From Octopus vulgaris (taxonomy: Eukaryota), in contig OX597815.1 of NCBI GenBank assembly GCA_951406725.2, forward strand, positions 185,690,001 through 185,754,000: a stretch of 64,000 nt of DNA, given 5' to 3'. The number at the start of each line of letters is the position of its first letter. Positions within the stretch are counted from its first letter, which is position 1. Below are positions 52,088 to 64,000 of this stretch, piece by piece. The translations under genes were made by a program, and so were the position numbers. The notes under the pieces are model-generated. The model was given only the letters and a program-made list of their open reading frames with translations, was not told the DNA's origin and made no database searches.

Positions 52088-53426
52088 TTGTCTATTTAGT
52101 TTGATGATGTGACTATTTCCACAAAATTTTTAGTTATATGTAGCCACTAACATAACTTTATGTGTACAAATATATGTGAGAGTATGTGCGTGTGTGTACT
52201 TTTTTCTTCTTTTTTCTTTTACTTGTGCTGGAGCACCGCCTTTAGTCTAGCAAATTGACCCCAGGACTTATTTTTTGTAAGCCTAGTACTTATTCTATCG
52301 GTCTCTTTTGCTGAACCGCTAAGTTACAGGAACGCAAACACACCACCATCGGTTGTCAAGCAACGTCGGGGGGACAAACACAACCATACACACACACACA
52401 CACACATTATATATATATATATATATATATGGGCTTCTTTCAGTTTCCGTCTCCCAAATCCACTCACAAGGCTTTGGTCGGCCCAAGGCTATAGCAGAAG
52501 ACACTTGGCCCAAAGTGCCATGCAGTGGGACTGAACCCAGAACCATGTGGTTGGTAAGCAAGCTACTTAGCACTCAGCCACATACAATTACACACAAACT
52601 TCAATGTTCAAGGAGTTTGCATCACAATCCTGAGGCCCTGAAGGTTGCAGCAGAGCATGACACCTGCCGAAAGTCATCCTTTTCATAACCCTGGGTTGAC
52701 CCAAGCCTTCTCAGTGTATTTGAGTAAACAGAAACTTCAAAAGCCTGTTGGATAGACTCTGCTTTTCATTCAAGTTCTCAGCCTCTTCACAGTTTATAAA
52801 TCATATATGCATACACCATGTGTATATATATACATATTCCCCACTATCAGACAATTGTGCCTGCTAAATGGAACGGTGCAACAGGAATGAATTGTTTTGC
52901 TTAGAGCACCATGCATCACCCAACCCAGAAATCGAAACAATAGTCTTGTGATCATTAGTGAAGATTTAACCTCTAAGCCAACATGCCCTCCAGACTTCTA
53001 TAATCTTTAAACAACTCTTATAATTTCTGTATATATAATCCTGTATATTGATTGATGTAACAATTTAACCAGGTATTGAAACGAGGATAGCTGATTAATT
53101 AATATGATACTGCAACCTTAGATTATTTTATATGCATACACACACACACATACACAAACAAACACATATATATTTAAAATTAAAATCAAAATGAGGGTGA
53201 AAAATTGGATATTAATTTGATAACATCAATTTTAACACCAGTGGTCTAGCATATAAAAAACTGAGATTCAGTAAATACATATATATATATATATGGGCTT
53301 CTTTCAGTTTCCGTCTCCCAAATCCACTCACAAGACTTTGGTCGGCCCAAGGCTATAGTAGAAGACACTTGCCCAAAGTGCCACGCAGTGGGAATGAACC
53401 CAGTACCATGTGGTTGGTAAGCAGTA

Positions 53427-53464
<38 letters not shown>

Positions 53465-54194
53465 TACATAACATATGTGTATATTACACATAGGTGTGTG
53501 TGTGTACATCATATGTATAAAATATATATGTATATATGCAAGTATGGAAACTAGATGTTTAAATGATGATGATAATGATATCTTTTATCCACACACACAC
53601 ACACACACAAACATATTATTCTGACTATGAGGATATCCTTGCAGCTATTGAATGATATCGTAACCCCCCAGTCATTCACATATCACATATATAGCTACAT
53701 ATGTGTACATGTTTGTATGCATGTGTGTGTGTGTGTGTGTGTGTATGTGTGTGTGCACGTATGTGTATGTGGATAGTGTTGTGGAAATCCATTATAAAAC
53801 TACCTTATAACTAAGTATCACTTATACACATCCAGTGAAATGGCACCATCCAAGAAGAGCTTCCTTCATTTGCGATAACTTTAAGCTCTCATTTTCTTTG
53901 CAAACATAAAACGTGAAAAACAATGAAAGTTCATATGCTTTCACAATTAATATGTCTGAGCAGTGACTCACAGACAGAGTCCTAAAATGATGTGGGATTT
54001 TGTTATATTCTTTTGTAAAATTATGAAATATTTTACTGCATACCAAATAAAGGGGGGAAATTTATCTAGTCTTCCCTATCTTTCTCCATCTCTCACCCCT
54101 TTTTCACTCTCACTATGTGTATGTATTTGTGTGTGTGATCATCATCATCATCAACGTTTAATGTCTGTTTTCCGCGCTAGCATGGGTTGGACTG

Positions 54195-54205
54195 AAAAAA
54201 AAAAA
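54195..54205 (-). terminator. Pol III oligo-T terminator (T11) of the tRNA-Lys gene
   Basis: Eleven A on the plus strand, 6 nt beyond the tRNA 3' end. Confidence 0.65.
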
Positions 54206-54211
54206 TCCATA

Positions 54212-54284
54212 CGCCCGCAGAGGGACACGAACCCGCGACCCTCAGATTAAAAGTCTGATGCTCTACCGACTGAGCTATACGGGC
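54212..54284 (-). tRNA. tRNA-Lys (anticodon UUU), possibly a pseudogene
   Basis: GCCCGTATAGCTCAGTCGGTAGAGCATCAGACTTTTAATCTGAGGGTCGCGGGTTCGTGTCCCTCTGCGGGCG (73 nt). Acceptor, D and anticodon stems pair. The T-loop has T at invariant A58 and the T-stem has a C50.T64 mismatch. Confidence 0.88.
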
Positions 54285-54344
54285 GATATATATATATATA
54301 AGCATAAAATGTGTTCATATATGGGTATATATTCAATTATATAT

Positions 54345-54377
<33 letters not shown>

Positions 54378-54708
54378 CACCCATAATAATTTGTATGCAT
54401 ATATATATATATATTATATATATCTATATGCTTGTGTGTATATTTATATACATGTAGGAATAAATATGTGTGTGTATTTATATAGAGAGGTTTTTATGTG
54501 TATATACATATATATAAAAACAAAAATGCTATTTCTAATACATATCTATACATATGTGTGTGTGTGTGTATGTGTATATATGTATATATATACATGTATT
54601 AAAATTTAAATAATGAGGGAGATAAATTGAGTATTAATTTAATTTATATCAATTTAAATCCAGTAGCCTAGCATATATAAAAATTCTGAAAAATCAGAAA
54701 AAATTGTA

Positions 54709-54754
<46 letters not shown>

Positions 54755-54842
54755 TCATAATAAGGATGAAAAAAATTGAATATTAATTAATAACATCAAT
54801 TTAAACACCAAGTGGCCTAGCATATAAAAAGACTGTATCCCA

Positions 54843-54941
<99 letters not shown>

Positions 54942-55240
54942 GGTTATACCCACATATAATATATCTCTGTTGCTAAATAATCTTTTGGCAATCTAACTCA
55001 ACAGCTTCAATTTGACTCCTGTCGTCGCTATTGCACATAACTTTATACAACCAATCAATATCTTTCGGGATACACATAAATGTAAATTTCCATTATACTT
55101 CTCAACGAGTATTATGGGAATGAAGAACTAGTCACCGTGTTGATTACCAGAAAACCCAAGGATGGATATATCTCGTTGCAAACACACTGGAATGTGGTCC
55201 TGTTTGTTTAACTCACAGAAATTAAATGAAATTAAAATTC

Positions 55241-55291
<51 letters not shown>

Positions 55292-55578
55292 TCCCCTATT
55301 ACTTTCTTTCATTGTATGTGTGTGTGTGTATTTATGTATGTATATGTATTAATACTGATTCCTCAATGGATAATTATACATAGCTGTATATGTATTATCT
55401 ATTTAGCTGTCAATCTATCTTTGGATAATTATACATAGGTGTATATGTATTATCTATGTGTCTGTCTATCTATTTATCTGTCTGTCAGTCTGTCTATCTA
55501 TCTATTTATCTATCTTTCTGCCTATCTGTCTGTCATTCTGTCTATCAATCTACCTATCTATCTTTCTGTCTGTCTGTG

Positions 55579-55615
<37 letters not shown>

Positions 55616-57166
55616 GTCTGTGTATCTATCTATCTGTCTGTGTATCTATCTATCTATCTATCTATCTATCTGTCTGTATGTCTGCATATCTAACTATCTA
55701 TCTTTCTGTGTATCTATTTATCTATCTATCTGTCTGTATATCTAACTATCTTTCTGTATATCTATTTATCTATGTATCTATCTTTCTGTGTATATCTATC
55801 TATCTATCTGTCTCAATCTATCTATCCACACACAAGCACATTAGCTACATGGTGTTCAATCTTTGAGTTTCACACTTTATGCAATATTTATAAACATATA
55901 AACTCTTATATAAATCACCATGATTTTTTTTTTTCCTATGAAGTAATACACTAAACATATACTGTGTTACAATGGCCTGTACCTATCCAAATATGTATAT
56001 TTGTAAACCAATTTTTGTAAGTGCATATATTATACATATATATATATATATATATATATGATTGTGTGTATACACAGAATGAAGCAAAAAGAGAGAATGA
56101 AAGAAGAAAGAAGAGTTATTTATATACACACAGACACACACACACACACACACCTATATAATATATAGACACACATATATATTGATATATATTTAAGGGT
56201 GTATATCTTGTTGCATGCCATCTTCTGAATTAAACTTTATATATATGTGTGTGTATATATATATATATATGTATATATACACACATATATGTAGACATAT
56301 ATATATATATATACACATACATATATTTATATGTATATATATTAATATATATAGTCATATTTATATATACATATATTTATACGTATATATATTCATATAT
56401 ATAGTCATATTTATATATACATATATTTATACGTATATATATTCATATATATATATAGACATATAAATACATATATTTATATGTATATATATTCATATAT
56501 ATATAGACATATATATATATATATATATACATAGACTTATACATATATAGACATATGTATATATATATTTATATATATAGGCATACACATACATATATAC
56601 ACACACACATACATATACATATATTTATGCACACACACATACATATATATATATTTACACGCACACGCACGTATCTGGTTAATCACCTCACACAGGGAAA
56701 TCCATCTGAATGATGTAACGACCGTGTATGCTTCACCTGCTGAAGGCAATGTGTGCCATCAGTGCAGTGTTGTTTGGTTTGTAATGAAGACAAGTTAGGC
56801 TCTATACAATAATCTGTTAATCTTCTTCTGTAGCTTTTATACGCACAGTCTTTAATAAGTGGAAGCAAAAATAATAAATAATAAATACAAAAAAAAATGC
56901 AGAAAAAAATATATGTATATACTTTAAACAAAAAAATCCAATACCAATTATAGTACAAACAAAAAAATAATAATAATAATAACTGGTAGCTAAAACAAAT
57001 TTACTCTGTTGATATGAATAGACATTCAAGATCAGACTCCAGCACTCACAGCCACTGATGGACATTGCTCTCTCTTTGTCTAATTCTTTTTGTCTCTCTC
57101 TCTCTCTCCTTATTTCATTTCTCTCCCACATTCTCTCTCTCCTACTATCACACCTTCTGTTCCTCA

Positions 57167-57198
<32 letters not shown>

Positions 57199-57231
57199 TT
57201 ATTTATTTGTACATATATGTGTATATGTATC

Positions 57232-57273
<42 letters not shown>

Positions 57274-57661
57274 CGATCTGTTTCTCTATCAAGTCTATCT
57301 CTCTCTATCTATCTATCTATCTATCTATCTATTTGTCTGTCTCTCTATCCATCTATTTGTCTGTCTCTCTATCCATCTATTTGTCTGTCTCTCTATCCAT
57401 CTATATGTCTGTCTATGCTTCTATTTGTCTGTTTATCTATCCATCTATTCATCTGTCGATCTATCCATCTATCTGTCTATCTATCTATTTGTCTGTCTAT
57501 CTATCTGTCCATCTATCTATTTGTCTGTCTATCTATCTATCTATCTCTTTGTCTGTCTATCTATCTATGTCTATCTATCTCTGTCTATCTATCTCTGTCT
57601 ATCTATCTCTGTCTATCTATCTATCTATCTATCTATCTATGTCTATCTATCTATCTATCTG

Positions 57662-57698
<37 letters not shown>

Positions 57699-58023
57699 GT
57701 CTATCTGTCTATCTATCTATCTACCTACCTACCTATCTGTCTGTCCATTTATGTGTTATCATCATAATCATTACAAGATCCACCGTTTCATGCTTGCAAT
57801 GGGTGATACGTAATTCTATGGTTGGATGCCCTTCCAGTAGCCAAACCTCACCTACCCCCAAGCAAGGTCATATTTCCCCAAAGCCAGACATGTTTTTCTC
57901 AGAAGACAAGAAACGAACAAAATTGTTTGTATGACTGTAATGCTTCATTACTACCGTCACGTGATGTACATACACGGATATACACAAACACACACATATA
58001 CATATTCACACACAAAAATATAA

Positions 58024-58057
<34 letters not shown>

Positions 58058-58501
58058 GTATATACACACACATACATATGTATTTATGTGAGTGTGTGTG
58101 TGTGTGCATGAGTATAAGTGTCTTTTTACAATTTTTTTCTACAGAATCAATTCACCAGGCTTTAGTTGACGCAAAGTTATAGTAGAAACCGTGCTCAAGG
58201 CAATGTGGGATTGAACCTAAGACCACATGTTTGGGAAGTATGCTTCTTAACATCATAACCATACTTATATATATATATGTGGCGGGGGGTGGATATAATT
58301 TCTTTAATTTCATTAAAATGGTTCAGCTGCAAAGGCTACGGTCATGCTGGGGCACCACCGTTGACTGTGCTATACCATTATTTGAAACCTCCTCTGATAT
58401 GTGACATTTGGTCAATGAGGAAGTTTGATGCCGCTTATATGTATGTATGTACGTATGTATATATATCTATATACATACATATATACACATATATATGTAT
58501 G

Positions 58502-58533
<32 letters not shown>

Positions 58534-58574
58534 CACATATATATATATATTGATTGATATGCATAAACACACAT

Positions 58575-58625
<51 letters not shown>

Positions 58626-59413
58626 CATATATGAATGTATATATGTATTTTGTTAAGTTTGTAAAGCTATATAAATGAGTAGGGAGTTTAATTTTTTCTG
58701 TATTGTATTTATCAATCTTACATGCTGAAGTGTGTGTTTGTGTATGGGAGCATGTACACACACACACACACATTCATATGCACATAACTAATATACAAAT
58801 ATATTTGTGTGTGTATGTGTGTGTACCTGCTTCACTGTATACGTATCTGTCAATCACTCTCCATCTCACTACATTCGTCTCTTCTTTTACCTTTCACTTC
58901 ATTTTCGCTACACACAAATTTATAAACACACACATACAAATACATCAATGTAGAATTATCAGTCTAGGCACATACATCATCATCTATGTATGCAAACCTA
59001 TACATACATACACATATATATATATATATGTATATGTATGTATGTAAACCTAAAAATATATACATACATATAATATGCTGGCCATTGATAAAATTTTTTT
59101 CGAAAAATTTTATCCTATATTAGATATATATATATATATATATGTATGTATCTTTAGATGCATATATGAGTGCATATTAAGTATATGCATCGTCTAATGT
59201 GTTCTGTTCTGTATCTGTTTTACTGTAAGCAGGTTTTAAAGATCATCACAGGCATTGCACCTCACCGTTTGTTTATGCAGTATAATTGACTGAAACAAAA
59301 ACATAAATTTGAAGTCAAATTTTTATGCTAATTTAAACCTACAAAGGAATGCTGGGCTTCAGAGAAGTTGCAGAGGAAAAAAAAGAAATAAAAGCATAGC
59401 TGTCTGATGATAT

Positions 59414-59448
<35 letters not shown>

Positions 59449-59944
59449 AGTTCACCAGGTAACACACCTGTGCGATTACACCTGATATGACACATGGACA
59501 TTGAAATTTACTATCCTCACACCACACTTATATGCATCACAAATATATGCAAATGCTGCAGCACACAAATTTACGACATGGTGTGCATTGATCTACATTG
59601 CACAGAATTATACATACATGCATACATATGTGTGTGTGTTTGTTTTCGCGCGCGTGTGTGTGTGTGTATTTGTGTTAAGTATGCATTATATAGATGTATG
59701 TATGCAAGTACATATATATATATATATATATACATATACATATGTGTGTATGTATGTATATATATATGCATTATATATATACGTGTTTATTATAGTAATA
59801 CAGTTGTATTTAAATACTCTTATAACAAATATTAGGACAACATATGCATACATAGATGTGTTTGTTTGTGTGTGTGTATATATATATATGCATAAAGGTC
59901 TAAAATATGGCTTTTACACACACACTCACATACATACAAACACA

Positions 59945-60332
59945 CACACACACACACATTTATACATATATATATGTATATTTTATCTTTTATATACACA
60001 TGCATATTTTGATGCACATTTTTAGTATAAACTAGTGCTTATACATACATATACCTACATATATATATATATTTACAGTAATATACAATTTTGTTCAACA
60101 GCTCATTTAACCACAGGCATTCACCTACATGCACACACACACACATTTATACATATACATATACGTATATTTTATCTTTTATATACACATGCATATTTTG
60201 ATGCACATTTTTAGTACAAACTAGTGTTTCTACATACATATACCTACATATATATATTTTGACAGTAATATACAATTTTGTTCAACAGTTCATTTAACCA
60301 CAGGCATTCACCTACATGCACACACACACACA
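59945..60332. repeat. Tandem duplication, ~188-bp unit
   Basis: tgcatattttgatgcacatttttagt at 60001 and 60190; ttcacctacatgcac at 60120 and 60307. Confidence 0.88.
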
Positions 60333-62092
60333 TAAAACTCATAGATACGTTCATGCATTCTAACACACATATGTTATGCATGTATTTTTTACGATTTTAC
60401 ACACCATTATACATTTACGGTTGTATGCACGAGTAGAGATTGAAAATAAGGAATCGACTTACCCTTTTACCACAAGTGACAGTAAACCACTAACGGAGCT
60501 GTAGAAAATGAGTGAATGGTAACACTTATAAGCGAACGTGAAGTAGCAGCGATGATTTTTCTTTTAGAATGAGAAAAAGTACAATTGACAATAGTTGTAG
60601 TAGTTTGTTGTTGTCTTGGCAAAGAGAGAGTTATGGAACCGTGTGCTACTACAGATCTTCTGGATGTTCCTCAATAACTCTGGAAAGGCATATTTGATGT
60701 ATGACGAGTCTACAAAGATATTGTCATCTATGCGTATACATTTACATATACTTACTTATGTAGGTATATGTGCGTCATATGATTTTCATATGTGTACGCC
60801 TGTGTTGATATATATACATACACATATATATGTATATATATATAGAAATATATATATATTTATATATATATATATGTATATATATTTATTTATATATACA
60901 GTAGCAGCTTTATCTTGTTGCTACTGTTGTTGTGATAGCACCTCGAAAGACAACAACGACAATCAGCTTGTGAAAACAAATCAAGCTTCAATTGCATTCA
61001 GTATAGCTTCGTTACCATGTTTCCCTGCTGAACAAGGTGGTAGTAAACTATAGCACTGTTGCAACAAAAAGACTGTCAGACTGGATGAGGGGGAAGGGGA
61101 GAGAAGGAGAGCAAGTTAAAGGGAGAGCGGACTAAAGAGAGAGGGGGACAGTGGGAGGGAGAGTCTACATATGCGCACAAGAAGTGGGTAGAGATAGACA
61201 GACAGGAAAAGACAGGGAGAAAAATTAATGAGAGAATATAGATTGATACAGAGACAAAAGGGGGCAGAGTGGTTTGCCAGACAGACAGTCAGTCAGCGCA
61301 GCATAATATATAGATAGCAGTAGATATTGATCAGGCAAAGCATCACAGGCTCTCTGTTTCAAAACACATACTTCCTAGCTCTGTACGTTAGATAGAATAT
61401 TACCAAACAGTGTTCGCTAATACATTCTGCCGTCCAATTGTTCATTCATTCAATTTGTTGGTTGTACAATCAACAACAACAGCATTACAACAATAGTAGC
61501 AAAAATTGACAGCAGAAAGTAGAAAAAATTACCAAAAAAAAAAAATGGATCTGGTGGTAGTTAATGAAATCTAAAAAAAAAACCAACAAGAATTATAAGA
61601 ATATTTTATATTTCATTTATATATGAAAGATAGTATTCAAATGAGAGGTGTGATTCTCTGCCGATTCTAAATATCAAAAAGTGCGAAGAATGCAACAGAG
61701 AATTCATTCTTCAGAAACCATTGATTTTTTTTGTTTTTTTTTTTTGTTTTTTTTTTTTCTTCCTCTTCTACTGAAGAGAGGAAGAATTGGATAAAAAGAG
61801 TACTATGAAGCTCACATTTCTGAATGTAATGGGTTAACAATTTATGTTAAATTCAAAATGGAGGCATTGGGTTCAAATTCTACCGCAATATAATATAATA
61901 TGATACGATACATATACTGAGGAACAAAGAAAGATTACTATTATTGTGTTTATAAAATTATTTATGTATTTATGTCGTTGATTCATAATTGATTCCTAGT
62001 AATTTCACAGTATGTTTACACTGAACATATATACACATTCGTGCATACATCTCTCTCTTCTATCCCCTACCCCTGTGTGTCTGTGTGTGCGT

Positions 62093-62861
62093 CTATATAT
62101 ATATATATAAATATATATGTATGTATATATAAATATATGCATGTATGTATAGAAATATAAATATATGTATATATAGAAATATATATATATGTATATATAG
62201 AAATATATATATATGTATATATAGAAATATATATATGTATGTATAGAAATATAAATATATATATATATAGAAATATATATATATGTATATATAGAAATAT
62301 ATATATGTATGTATAAATATATATATATATATAAATATATATATGTACGTATGTAGATATATAAATATATATGTATGTATATATAAATATATGCATGTAT
62401 GTATAAATATATATATGTATGTATAGAAATATAAATATATGTATATATAGAAATATATATATATGTATATATAGAAATATATATATGTATGTATAGAAAT
62501 ATAAATATATATATATATAGAAATATATATATATGTATATATAGAAATATATATATATGTATGTATAAATATATATATATATATAAATATATATATGTAC
62601 GTATGTAGATATATAAATATATATGTATGTATATATAAATATATGCATGTATGTATAAATATATATATGTATGTATAGAAATATAAATATATGTATATAT
62701 AGAAATATATATATATGTATATATAGAAATATATATATGTATGTATAGAAATATAAATATATGTATATATAGAAATATATATATATGTATATATAGAAAT
62801 ATAAATATATGTATATATAGAAATATATATATATGTATATATAGAAATATATATATGTATG

Positions 62862-62902
<41 letters not shown>

Positions 62903-63485
62903 GTATGTAGATATATAAATATATATGTATGTATATATAAATATATGCATGTATGTATAAATATATATATGTATGTATAGAAATATAAATATATGTATAT
63001 ATAGAAATATATAGATATGTATATATAGAAATATATATATGTACGTATAGAAATATAAATATATGTATATATAGAAATATATATATATGTATATATAGAA
63101 ATATATATATGTATGTATAAATATATATATATGTATGTATATATGCATGCATATATAAATATATATATGTATATATATATATACATATATAAATACATAT
63201 ATGTATGTATATATGTATATATACATATATAAATACATATATGTATGTATATATATATATATATACATATATAAATACATATATGTATGTATATATACAT
63301 ATACATATATAAATACATATATGTATGTATATATACATATACATATATAAATACATATATGCATGTTTATATACATATACATATATAAATACATATATGT
63401 ATGTATATATACATATACATATATAAATACATATATGCATGTTTATATACATATATATATATATATATATATACATATATGTATG

Positions 63486-63519
<34 letters not shown>

Positions 63520-63692
63520 CATATATGTATGTATATATATATATATATATACATATATGTATGTATATATATATATATACATATATACATATACATATAC
63601 ATATATGTATGTATATATATATATATATACATATATACATATACATATACATATATACATATACATATATACATATACATATATACATATAC

Positions 63693-63759
<67 letters not shown>

Positions 63760-63800
63760 CATATATGTATCTATATATATATAAATATATATCTACATAT
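62093..63800. repeat. AT-rich minisatellite with higher-order structure
   Basis: tagaaatatatat...gtata units. The marker gtacgtatgtagatatataaat recurs at ~62345, 62597 and 62899. The array switches to (tacata)-type units after ~63180. Confidence 0.9.
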
Positions 63801-63877
63801 ATAGGTTTGGTGATGTTTGATAAGTACTAAAGCATGAAACAATTGGCCTTTGAGTCACTTAGTTCCTTCCCCAAAAG

Positions 63878-63913
<36 letters not shown>

Positions 63914-64000
63914 CATATACATACATGTATGCACATACACATATACACACATGCATATGAATATACATACATACATGCATTTTTAATGTATATGTGTGTG

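Noticed and set aside
62005-63830. Long Tyr/Ile/His-rich ORFs of up to 537 aa (likewise 22129-22910, 57058-57934, 20351-20789, 50784-51597)
   Set aside because: These are translations of microsatellites that lack stop codons, not genes.

Overview
This is AT-rich, microsatellite-laden eukaryotic intergenic or intronic DNA. Its SINE and RTE repertoire resembles octopus/cephalopod genomes (inference). No host protein-coding gene is confidently identifiable. The dominant feature is a full-length (~6.1 kb), intronless, GC-rich Helitron on the minus strand (34247-40368), with a 5' TC, a 3' hairpin+CTAG and an A|T insertion site. Its RepHel ORF carries four disabling lesions and an N-terminal array of nine 23-aa STPR-like repeats, and two ~390-bp non-autonomous relatives lie nearby. 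There is also a tRNA-Lys(UUU) gene with T-arm defects, RTE and CR1-like LINE remnants, three tRNA-derived SINE families and DNA-transposon MITEs. Many minimal Penelope-type hammerhead-ribozyme motifs occur: several sit inside long inverted repeats, one family has a shared non-canonical core base, and one family appears to join a tRNA-like Pol III head to a hammerhead-bearing tail. All calls are by eye, and repeat boundaries are approximate unless termini are quoted.
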